Shown in pieces: positions 9,071 to 17,730 of a stretch of 64,000 bases of DNA (its first letter is position 1; each line of letters starts with the position of its first letter). The stretch is from Candidatus Latescibacterota bacterium. GTDB lineage: Bacteria; Latescibacterota; UBA2968; UBA8231. Location of the stretch: NCBI GenBank assembly GCA_965219385.1, contig CBDCNM010000002.1, positions 3,048,305-3,112,304 on the forward strand, in the 5' to 3' direction. The position numbers were made by a program, and so were the translations under genes. The notes beneath the pieces are model-generated. The model had not been told where the DNA came from, made no database searches, and saw nothing but the letters and a program-made list of their open reading frames with translations.

Positions 9071-10172
9071 ATCAATCCTCCCCTGTCGAAAGGATGGTCG
9101 GGAGGAGTTTCTCCGAGCCGGCACGGTGGACGTCCCACGCTGACGTATTCGAAATCCAGTTCCTGCATCTCCCGGGGCTCGTACACATTGCGGCAATCCA
9201 GCAGCTTGGCTTCTTTAAGGGCCGCGTGGATCCGGGGCAGATCGATATTGCGAAACTCGTTCCACTCGGTCATCAGCACCAGGGCATCCGCTCTCTGGGC
9301 AGCCCGATAGGGATCCTCGGCGCAGATCAGGTCCGGGTAGAGCTTGCGGGCGTTGTCCATGGCGACTGGATCGTAGACCTGTACCCTGACCCCTGCGGCG
9401 TGCAGGCCGGCGATCATGCGCAGGGAGGGGGCTTCGCGTATATCGTCCGTGTCCGGTTTGAAGGAGAGGCCGAGAAGGCAGATGGTCTTGCCGGCAAAGG
9501 TGCCCAACAGGGCGCGCAATTTTTCGATCATGCGTTGTTGCTGGTGGACATTGGTCTGATTGATGGCCTCTATGACCGGGACCTCCACAGCGTCCTTGTG
9601 GGCGATGCTGACCAGGCCGCTGACATCCTTGGGCAAGCAACTGCCCCCGTACCCGGCGTCCGGGTATAAATTGCGCGGACCAATGCGCTCGTCCAGGTCC
9701 ATGCCTCTGGCCACGGCCATGAATCGGCGCTGTAGGCCTCGCAGATATTGGCGATTTCGTTTATGAAGGAGATCTTGGCGGCCAGCATGGCGTTGGAGGC
9801 GTACAGACGATACGAGGGGAGCTCTTGATAATCTTGTAGTCCCCCATGTACTCGGCAATCATTTCCGTTGCCTTGAACACGTACGACATATCTACATCGC
9901 CATTGGGCAGGGCCGGCGTGCCCACGGCGATGAAGATGATATCCGAGGATTTGATGGCGAAGGGGATCTCGGCGGAAAAAGAGAGACGGCCCCGCGTGGT
10001 ATTGCGCGCGACCATCTCTTCCAGACCCGGCTCGTAGATGGGCACCTCGCCTTTTTTGAGCCGGACGATGCGCTCTTCGTCGATGTCTACGCAAACCACG
10101 GCAGCCGAAATCGGACAGACATGAACCCGTTACCAGACCGACGTAGCCCGTTCCCATCACGCAGATATTCAC
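9067..10172 (-). pseudogene. ugd: UDP-glucose/GDP-mannose dehydrogenase, frameshifted and internally deleted
   Basis: GTGYVGL, PIYEPGL, KISFINE, GYGGSCLPKD and FKPDTDDIRE lie in different frames; central KST/PEFL segment missing. Confidence 0.9.
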
Positions 10173-10307
10173 AGCAAATATTCTCCGTTTGTCGCTTTGT
10201 GTGCAGCCGGATGAGAGAGATGCAGGGTGAATCTCAAGTAGCTCTGGGCGATAGGCGCAGTACCGGGGAAGAGAAGGGAGGGTTTACACCTTAACACCTA
10301 ATACGAT

Positions 10308-10397
10308 CAGTACTCCACGGAATCGGCTCCACGGAATCGGCGGTTGGCCGTGCGGGCCTTGAGGGCCAAATAGTTGCGGGTGTTTCGTGAAGTACTG
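10308..10397. mobile_element. MITE-like element copy 1 (90 bp)
   Basis: TIR CAGTACTCCACGGAA / TTTCGTGAAGTACTG, flanked by 5-bp direct repeat ACGAT (10303-10307, 10398-10402). Confidence 0.8.
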
Positions 10398-10413
10398 ACG
10401 ATATAAACTTTCA

Positions 10414-10442
10414 ACAATAAAATATTCAACTCGAAATGTCAA
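10414..10442 (-). promoter_or_regulatory. Putative sigma70 promoter of the ugd-wza-wzz-dut run
   Basis: Minus strand TTGACA-N17-TATTGT. Confidence 0.55.
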
Positions 10443-10554
10443 GTAGAGGCCGCAATCGCATGAGCTTTGTAGAGCGTGATGGGGGCAATTAAATATTAAA
10501 TATTAAATAATTAATAATTAATTTAACTATTTTTTATCTACTCGGCAAATAAAA

Positions 10555-11313
10555 TTACGGCCGGCTGAAAAAACGGACGCAATTGGCGCTGGTCAGGGCC
10601 GCTATATCTCGCCAGGTACAGCCTTTGAGTTCTGCAAGTTTACGGGCCACGGCCAGGACGCGGGCGGGGTGTCCTTGCTGACCATTCACCGGTACGGGAG
10701 CATCGCTTTCGAGCAAGAGGAGTTCGTCGGCGATGGCGAGGGCCACTTCCTGGGTCTGCTGGTTGTCGAGAATCGCGGGGCCCACCGAGACATAAATGCC
10801 TTCCTGGTTGCAGATCCGCACCAGTTTTTTGGATTGAGTGAACCAGTGCAACTGGGCGTTGAGGCCGGTTTGCCGGCGATATTCCATGGCCTTTTCCATG
10901 ACCTGGCGCAGACAGCGCCGCGAGTGCAGGTTCACAGGTTTGCCCATTGTTGCAGCCAGGGCGAACTGGTGTTCCAGTATTTCTTCCTGCAGGGCCTGCT
11001 CTTCGGGGGTCTGGGCCCACTTGTGATCCAGGCCCACCTCGCCCAGCACGTCCGCCTGGGCGAGGTGGGATTCGAGGAAATTCAGGGCGTCTTGAATCCG
11101 GGCGCGCGCTTGCTGGACCAGCCAGGCAGGGTGCAGCCCGAGTCCGGCCAGCACCTGGTCTTTCCAGGTTTTCTTCAGATCCAGGACGGCGCCCATGGAT
11201 GCGGGATTCTCGCTGACGGCGACGATCCGCGTGACGCTTTGCGCCGCGGCCTGGCGCAGGGCGGCACCCGGGTCTTGCAGCTGGTCGAGATGGCAGTGGG
11301 TATCGATGAGCAT
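10555..11313 (-). CDS. TatD family hydrolase
   Basis: LIDTHCHL, GLHP, GEVGLD, LHSR and LESDAP motifs. Confidence 0.92.
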   Translation of the reverse strand: MLIDTHCHLDQLQDPGAALRQAAAQSVTRIVAVSENPASMGAVLDLKKTWKDQVLAGLGLHPAWLVQQARARIQDALNFLESHLAQADVLGEVGLDHKWAQTPEEQALQEEILEHQFALAATMGKPVNLHSRRCLRQVMEKAMEYRRQTGLNAQLHWFTQSKKLVRICNQEGIYVSVGPAILDNQQTQEVALAIADELLLLESDAPVPVNGQQGHPARVLAVARKLAELKGCTWRDIAALTSANCVRFFSRP

Positions 11314-12290
11314 CAGGTCTCCAGGCCCGTCCGTTCGTCGAATCCCAGCATCAGGTTGAGGCACTGCACTGCATTGCCGGAAGCGCCCTTGCCAAGGTTG
11401 TCCAGGCGTCCGACCAGGACCAGCCCTCGTTCGGCGTCACCGAAGACGAAAAGGTCCACTCTATTGGTGAAGTTGCAGCCGTCCAGGTCCAGGAATTTGC
11501 CGTCGCGCAGGAACTGCTGGTTGTCTTCCGGAGGCACCGGGCGGACAAAGGGAGCATCCCGGTAGTATTCCCTCCAGACTTCGCAAACCTGCTGGGGGGT
11601 GGTGCCGGGCGCGGTGCAGTGAGCAGCCCCGATGGGGGTGCTGACCAGCATGCCGCAGTAGGCGTGAGCCACCGAGGGTACGAAGAGAGGCGGGTGTTTC
11701 AGGAGGCTGAATTTCAGCATCTCGGACACGTGTTTGTGGCGCTCTTCCAGGCTGTACAGGCACAGGGGGAGGGCGGCATCGGCGGGGCGCTCGGGGCGCG
11801 GGGTTTGTTCGTAGGCCTCGATCATTTTGCGCCCACCCCCGGAATAGCCGGAGGCGGCATTGATGGCGAGAGGCGCGGATGCATCGAGGATACCGGCCTG
11901 GATGAGGGGCCGGACAGCCAGGATGAAGCCGACCGGATAGCAGCCGCAGTTGGCCACCCGGGAGGCCGTGCGGATGGCCTCCCCTTGCTCCGGGCTCAAT
12001 TCGGGCAGGCCGTAGATCCAGTCGGGGTGGGTCCGGCGCGCGGTACTGGTATCGATGATCCGGGTTGCGGAGTTGTCGACGAGCGCCAGGGCCTCGGCGG
12101 CGGCCTCCTCCGGCAGGCAGAGGATGGCCAGGGCCGACTGGTTGAGGAATTTTGCTCTGATCTGTGGGTTCTTGCGCTCCTGGGCAGGGATGAGCACAAG
12201 TTCCAGGTCCTGGCGCTGCTGTAGCATGGCGCGAATCCGCAGGCCGGTGGTGCCTTCCTGGCCGTCGATATAGATTCTGGGTTTAAGCAT
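11313..12290 (-). CDS. argC: N-acetyl-gamma-glutamyl-phosphate reductase
   Basis: IDGQEGTTG, ANCGCYP, SGYSGGG and DNLGKGASG motifs. Confidence 0.95.
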   Translation of the reverse strand: MLKPRIYIDGQEGTTGLRIRAMLQQRQDLELVLIPAQERKNPQIRAKFLNQSALAILCLPEEAAAEALALVDNSATRIIDTSTARRTHPDWIYGLPELSPEQGEAIRTASRVANCGCYPVGFILAVRPLIQAGILDASAPLAINAASGYSGGGRKMIEAYEQTPRPERPADAALPLCLYSLEERHKHVSEMLKFSLLKHPPLFVPSVAHAYCGMLVSTPIGAAHCTAPGTTPQQVCEVWREYYRDAPFVRPVPPEDNQQFLRDGKFLDLDGCNFTNRVDLFVFGDAERGLVLVGRLDNLGKGASGNAVQCLNLMLGFDERTGLET

Positions 12291-12309
12291 AGATAGTAGA
12301 CGGGTGAGC

Positions 12310-12366
12310 TTAGAATAATTATTCTTTTTTTTGGAATAAATATAACTTGACAGCGGGTTTTGTCAA
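12310..12366 (-). promoter_or_regulatory. argC promoter with tandem ARG-box-like operators
   Basis: GAATAATTATTC (12313) and GAATAAATATAA (12334), 21 bp apart; TTGACA-N16-TATATT on the minus strand. Confidence 0.6.
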
Positions 12367-12505
12367 GGTAGATATTAGAAGCCTTCTTAAAACAAACAGA
12401 AACGATAAGCGGTATGAATAATAGCGGAGAAAACTTGAATCAGGGCTGAATCTCCCGGCACGCTGGCAGCAATGAAAATCACCAGCCCGCCTCCACCGGT
12501 GCTGG

Positions 12506-13435
12506 CTAACCCCAGCTTTCCTGTTTGACCTGCTTTTTATCGAGGCCGTGCCGGTAGAGCAGTTCGACCATGTTTTCGACGAACCTCGGTGTGGGTTCCT
12601 CGCCTCTTTGGCGGGCGGCCTTGCGTTCGTACGGGGTGATTCCCGGACCGCAGGAAAAGGCAAAAACATTGCTCGGATCGGGGATGATCTGCTCGAGCAG
12701 CTCTGTGGATATGCGTCCTCCGCGGGCATTGCGGATACCTGAAGGGTCTGCGCGGGTGATGCAGTGGATCACGTCGAACTTGTCCGGATGCTGCTGGTAC
12801 AAGGTCTCGAACTCTTCGTAGTAGATGATGTCCTGGCGGGTTTTGCTGCTGTAGAGCAGGGTGTGTTTCAGGGGGTCCTGGCGGTGCAGGCTTTCCTTGA
12901 TCAAACTCAAATTGGGGACAATGCCGCTGCCGGCGCACACGTGCACGATGTGGTCGGTGCGGTCGGCGATGTCGGGAGGCAGGGTATAAGCGCCGGTAAA
13001 GCCGCTGATGACCAGGCGCCGGCCCGCCTGGATGTAGTAGGTCAGCAGCGGCGAGATAAGGGGGGGGTAGGGGGTCTCGCCGCTGATGTAGGTTTCTTCC
13101 TTGATGGTGATGGCCAGGAGTCGTTCGTGCGGGGCCGACGCCATGGAATAGGCCCGGGGTTTCTCTTTTTGTCCCTTTACATCTTCGAGGTAGGCGATGA
13201 AGTGCTCCAACTCGCCGAATTGGTGCGGGTCAACAGTGAGGAAGTGGCCGGCTTCGTACTCGAAGGGCTCATCGTCGGCGGACAGGAACAAGGTAGAGGT
13301 ATCCGGGGTATCGCGGCGGACATGTTCTACCACGACCTCCATTTCCCGGACGCGGCGGCGCGGGCTTTTTCTCTCCGCGGGCTTGCCATCGCCGGACCCT
13401 ACGGTTTTGTCCTGGGTATCTTTCGTTTCAGTCAC
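12506..13435 (-). CDS. Ferredoxin-NADP reductase-like FAD/NAD(P)-binding oxidoreductase
   Basis: RAYS, CAGSGIVP, SCGP and C-terminal ESWG motifs. Confidence 0.85.
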   Translation of the reverse strand: MTETKDTQDKTVGSGDGKPAERKSPRRRVREMEVVVEHVRRDTPDTSTLFLSADDEPFEYEAGHFLTVDPHQFGELEHFIAYLEDVKGQKEKPRAYSMASAPHERLLAITIKEETYISGETPYPPLISPLLTYYIQAGRRLVISGFTGAYTLPPDIADRTDHIVHVCAGSGIVPNLSLIKESLHRQDPLKHTLLYSSKTRQDIIYYEEFETLYQQHPDKFDVIHCITRADPSGIRNARGGRISTELLEQIIPDPSNVFAFSCGPGITPYERKAARQRGEEPTPRFVENMVELLYRHGLDKKQVKQESWG

Positions 13436-13641
13436 AGCTGTTTCCCTGTAGTTTTTCAGACCCGCGGAGAACCGGTTACAGACACTTGCTTTTCTTTTTT
13501 TCTTGGGTTATTAGTAAATATCGAGCATTGGTGGGAGATGTGTCAAGAAAGAGAAAGGGGTATAGAAGTGAGCCGGCTGCAGGTATTCGACCACCTGGTC
13601 GAGGCCCTGTTTGAAGAATACGTCAAGGAGGGGTAAAATCC

Positions 13642-15024
13642 GTGTCGAGCCCCGTGCTGGAAGAGCTCAAAAACAAGGAAATAGCCCTCCTCGGCCTGGG
13701 GGTGGAGAACCGGGCCCTGGCTCTTTTCCTGCTGTCCAGGGGCATAGGTTTTTCCGTGTGCGACCGCCGGGAAGGCAAAGAGTTCGAAGCCTTGCGGAAG
13801 GAATGGGGCACGGACGTCAGGGGCTGGTACCTGGGGGAGGACAACCTGGCGGAACTGGATCGGTTCGAGCTGGTTTTCCGCACTCCGGGCCTGTCCGTGC
13901 TGCGGCCCGAATTGCAGCAGGCTCGGCGCAAGGGGATTGAGATTTCCAGCCAGACCCGGCTTTTTTTTGCGCTCTCCCCGGCGCCGATCCTGGGGGTGAC
14001 CGGGACCAAGGGCAAGGGTACCACAGTGGCGCTCATCGGCGAAATACTGCGCGCTGGTCCTTATGAACGGGCCGTAGTGGGCGGGAATATCGGCGTAGCG
14101 CCCATCGGTTTTGTAGAGGAATTGACAAGCCGGGACCTGGTGATCCTGGAGCTTTCCAGTTTTCAGCTCCAGGATCTGGACCGCAGTCCCCAGATCGGAG
14201 TGGTGCTCGGTGTCGGCGAGGACCACCTGGACTACCATGCGGATCGGGTGGAGTACGTGGAGGCCAAGAAATCCATCTGCCGCTATCACAAGCCTGGCGA
14301 TACCCTGATTGTCAACAGGGATTGTGTCCAGGCGCGCGCTTTTGCCGCCGAGAGCGCGGCCCGTCACCTGGAATTCAGCGCGGCCGGAGAGGTGGCTGCC
14401 GGGGCCTGGATCGAGAACGGCGAACTCTGGTGGCGCCATCCGGGCGGGCTCCGACAATCCATCTGTGCGGTCGAGGATATTCCCCTGAGAGGGCGGCACA
14501 ACCTGGAAAATGCCGCGGCGGCCACGGCCGGGGCCGCCGCGGCCGGTGCACCGGTGGATCAGATCGCCGCCGGGCTTTGCCGCTTCACTGGGTTGGAGCA
14601 CCGGCTCGAGAGGGTGGGAGAGCGCAACGGGGTGGTCTACTACAATGATTCCCTGGCCACCACGCCGGAGGCGGCCGCGGCGGCAATCCAGGCCTTTGCG
14701 GAACCCGTCATCCTGATTGCGGGCGGCGCTTCAAAGGGCGCGGACTTTGCCCTGCTGGGCGAGGCGATTGCCGCTCAGGGGGTAAAAGCCGTCATCCTGA
14801 TCGGCGCGGAAGCAGCGCGGATCGAGGCGGCCATTGTCCGGGCGGGCGGTTTCGCAGGGGAACAGGTCAGGGGGTGCGCCAGCATGGCCGCGGCCGTGGC
14901 CGCCGCACGCGGGCGGGCCCGGCGCGGAGATGTGGTTCTGCTGTCGCCGGGTTGTGCAAGTTTCGGGATGTTCGAGAATTACCAGGACAGGGGGGAGCAG
15001 TTCAGGCGCCAGGTTCTGGATTAG
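13642..15024 (+). CDS. murD: UDP-N-acetylmuramoyl-L-alanine--D-glutamate ligase
   Basis: GVTGTKGKGTT, ELSSFQL, DHLDYH, HRLE, NDS and LLSPGCASF...RG motifs. Confidence 0.95.
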   Translation: MSSPVLEELKNKEIALLGLGVENRALALFLLSRGIGFSVCDRREGKEFEALRKEWGTDVRGWYLGEDNLAELDRFELVFRTPGLSVLRPELQQARRKGIEISSQTRLFFALSPAPILGVTGTKGKGTTVALIGEILRAGPYERAVVGGNIGVAPIGFVEELTSRDLVILELSSFQLQDLDRSPQIGVVLGVGEDHLDYHADRVEYVEAKKSICRYHKPGDTLIVNRDCVQARAFAAESAARHLEFSAAGEVAAGAWIENGELWWRHPGGLRQSICAVEDIPLRGRHNLENAAAATAGAAAAGAPVDQIAAGLCRFTGLEHRLERVGERNGVVYYNDSLATTPEAAAAAIQAFAEPVILIAGGASKGADFALLGEAIAAQGVKAVILIGAEAARIEAAIVRAGGFAGEQVRGCASMAAAVAAARGRARRGDVVLLSPGCASFGMFENYQDRGEQFRRQVLD

Positions 15025-15052
15025 AGCCTCTCTTGCAGCGGGTATCGGGTGT

Positions 15053-16285
15053 TTACTGCAGACGCAAGACGTCCCGCCAGCCGATTCGGACCTGGCGTAA
15101 GCAATAGGAGGTGACGAGTAAGCTCCACAGGGTGTACGTAATGGAGGTAGACAGAGCGGCCCCGCGTAGTCCCAGCACCGGAATCAGCCACAGATTGAGC
15201 ATTATGTTTATTGCCAGGGAAATGCCGGGTGCCCACATAGTTACGGGTGGGTATCCGTCCCCGATCAGCTTGGTATTGAACACTGACCCGAAGCTTGCGA
15301 ACAACATGCCCGGCAACAACCAGATCAGGGGTGTGTAAGCATCCGGATACTGAGAAAAAAAAATGCTTAAAAGCAGATGTCCCAAGAAGACGAACCCAAC
15401 CGTTGTGAGCAAGGAAAAGAGAAACATTCCCTGCGCTACTCTCAGGAGTAGCCTGGCACTGTCCTGGCCCCGTACCACCCAGGAAAGGAGGACAACTGAG
15501 GCGATGTTTGGCACCCGTTGCATCATTTCTGTAAAGAGGGTGGCGACTGCGTACACACCTACCGCTTCTTTGCCCATGAAGTAGTTAATCAAGAAGACGT
15601 CGCTCTTGAAAAGCAGAAATATGGACACCAGAGCGACCTCCCCGCGCATACCGATCAGAAACATCTGTCTGGGGATGCGGCGGCTACCCCACATAAATCG
15701 GCTGGGCGCGCGCAACAAAGGGATAAAAGTCGCCAGCGCCGTGGCTCCTGCTGCGCCTAACCAGATTCCCATTGTCCGCTCCAGATTGAGGTGTTCCAAC
15801 CACCAAAGGAACAGGTTGCCTCCCAGGTAAGCGCAGATGAAAATCACGGGAAGTAGAGCGTAAAGCTTGAGCCGACCTTCACCCAATAAAATGGCCAGAC
15901 CGGATTTTTGGAGTACTGTAAACGCAATTAAACCAACCCCTAAAATCCACTGGGTAAATGTAAGCCCGGGTAGCAGAATTCTGGCGATCTTTAGAGTGAA
16001 AGGGATACTCAACAGTAAAAGAATACCCAGAATCAAGCCGTATAACAGAGAGAAGTTGACCGCTATGTCGCGGGCTCGCTCTCGGCCTACTATGTAGGTA
16101 TTACCTTTATTAAGCCATTCTCCCAGGAGTAGTCCTCCCAGCAAGACGATAGCGGTCCATACCTTCAAGGTACCATAGTGTTCCCGCCCGAGCTGGTTAG
16201 CCAGTAAAACTGAATTAACAAATCCCAGGGAGAAAACCAGGAACATGCATGCGGTGTTGAGCGAGAAGCTGCGAAAGAAATTCAT
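15053..16285 (-). CDS. Oligosaccharide flippase (Wzx/MATE-like)
   Basis: About 12 hydrophobic segments, VGVYAVA, LIPVLGLRGAALSTS; visibly lower GC. Confidence 0.85.
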   Translation of the reverse strand: MNFFRSFSLNTACMFLVFSLGFVNSVLLANQLGREHYGTLKVWTAIVLLGGLLLGEWLNKGNTYIVGRERARDIAVNFSLLYGLILGILLLLSIPFTLKIARILLPGLTFTQWILGVGLIAFTVLQKSGLAILLGEGRLKLYALLPVIFICAYLGGNLFLWWLEHLNLERTMGIWLGAAGATALATFIPLLRAPSRFMWGSRRIPRQMFLIGMRGEVALVSIFLLFKSDVFLINYFMGKEAVGVYAVATLFTEMMQRVPNIASVVLLSWVVRGQDSARLLLRVAQGMFLFSLLTTVGFVFLGHLLLSIFFSQYPDAYTPLIWLLPGMLFASFGSVFNTKLIGDGYPPVTMWAPGISLAINIMLNLWLIPVLGLRGAALSTSITYTLWSLLVTSYCLRQVRIGWRDVLRLQ

Positions 16286-16485
16286 CCCGAGGTTATTTTC
16301 ACATTTTATCTAATTCCGAATTCAGTGCGCAGAAGCCGGTCGTCGGTCCCGACAAATCACCTTCTCAAGATCACTTGGATCACTTGGCAACTCCTGCTCA
16401 GCGGAAAGGTAAAGAGCGCATAGCAGGTTTTTCATCAGTCAGTCGAATTCTGCGGAGCCGTATTTCTTTCCCAGGACCTCGATCC

Positions 16486-17289
16486 TTAGATATTGTAGTG
16501 CAGACCGCATTCCTTGGGGTCGGCTCCGCCGCCTTCGTTGAACCAGCGCCACCTGCCGGCCCGCTTGTCTTCACCGGGGCGAATGGGGGTGGAGCAGATG
16601 GTGCAGCCGAAGCTGGGATAACCCTGGGCGTAGAGGGGATGTACGGGGATGTCGTGGGTCTCTGTGTACTCCAGGAGCTGCTCTTCGGTCCAGTCTGCCA
16701 GGGGATTCAACTTGAGGAGCTTGCGGCGGGTGCCGTACTCGGGTTCCAGATCCGCCACCAGCGCGTGTTCCTGGCGGAAGGAGGACTGGTCCTGCCGCAG
16801 TCCCGCAATCCAGCAGTCCACGGTTTTGAGGAGTTCGTCGTTGGGCCTGGCCTTGCGCACCTGGCAACAGTACTCCTGTTTTGCGCGGGAGTCGAAAAAG
16901 AGGTACTCGCCGAAGCGTTCGATCATGGATTCTACGTGCTCGGGTTGCGGCTGATAGACTTCAATAGCGCACTGGTAGCGCTCTTTTACGTGCTCGATGA
17001 ACTCATAGGTCTCGGGGTGCAGGCGCAGGGTGTCCACCGTGGCGAAGCGCAGATCGAGACCCAGCGTGGCAGCCATGTGAATCATGGCCACTCCGGTGTA
17101 CTGGAAGCTGGTGTTGATCACGGCCCTTCCAGGGAAGGTCTCAGCGGCCCAGCCCAGCATCTCCTCGGGGGGAAGAGAGGCGAAGTCTAGTTCCCTGAGA
17201 AAGCTCTCCAGTTGCCGGTTGTGCTCTTCGATTTCCTGCTCGGAACGGGCTATGGGTTGTATGCTGTGCAAGGTTTGCGGCTCGACCAT
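16486..17289 (-). CDS. cysH: APS/PAPS reductase (Fe-S type)
   Basis: CC..RK, GYPSFGCTIC, RAGRW and ECGLH motifs. Confidence 0.93.
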   Translation of the reverse strand: MVEPQTLHSIQPIARSEQEIEEHNRQLESFLRELDFASLPPEEMLGWAAETFPGRAVINTSFQYTGVAMIHMAATLGLDLRFATVDTLRLHPETYEFIEHVKERYQCAIEVYQPQPEHVESMIERFGEYLFFDSRAKQEYCCQVRKARPNDELLKTVDCWIAGLRQDQSSFRQEHALVADLEPEYGTRRKLLKLNPLADWTEEQLLEYTETHDIPVHPLYAQGYPSFGCTICSTPIRPGEDKRAGRWRWFNEGGGADPKECGLHYNI

Positions 17290-17377
17290 TCTTCAACACG
17301 AGGAAGCGGGAAAACCAAATGGACGTGTTAAATATAAAATCATGGGCGATTTTGGAAACCCCGCAGGACTTTTTCCC

Positions 17378-17407
17378 TTGACATTGTTCAAAAGGAGGGG
17401 TTACTTT
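17378..17407 (+). promoter_or_regulatory. Putative sigma70 promoter
   Basis: TTGACA-N18-TACTTT. Confidence 0.45.
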
Positions 17408-17730
17408 GCCAGCTGTAACAGCAGGGTGTATGGTTTAAATGAAGAGTGAACTTGATTCAAGCTATTTTTAATAATTGAGGGTGAGATGAGGTCTTACACT
17501 GGACAGCGCCGTTCCAGGTCGTCCCAGAGGGGAGGCCCCGGACTCTATTTTATACCAAACGACCCCAGAAGGTGGGTTCGCGCTGTCGCCGGCATGGTCT
17601 CCATGTGGAAAAATTCCTCAGCTTGAGGTACGCTACAGAGATACCTTATAGACCGTAGGGAATTTTCCCTGCGGTTTTTTCGTGTGCAGAAGTAGTTACC
17701 CTTCAAGCGCAACGCGCTTCTTAAAGAAAC

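Noticed and set aside
10489..10556. AT-rich TTAAATA/TAATTAA run as origin or functional repeat
   Set aside because: Short low-complexity tract; no DnaA boxes or iterons recognised
13568..13636. 22-codon ORF SRLQVFDHLVEALFEEYVKEG before murD
   Set aside because: Looks coding but is too short to assign; may be a remnant
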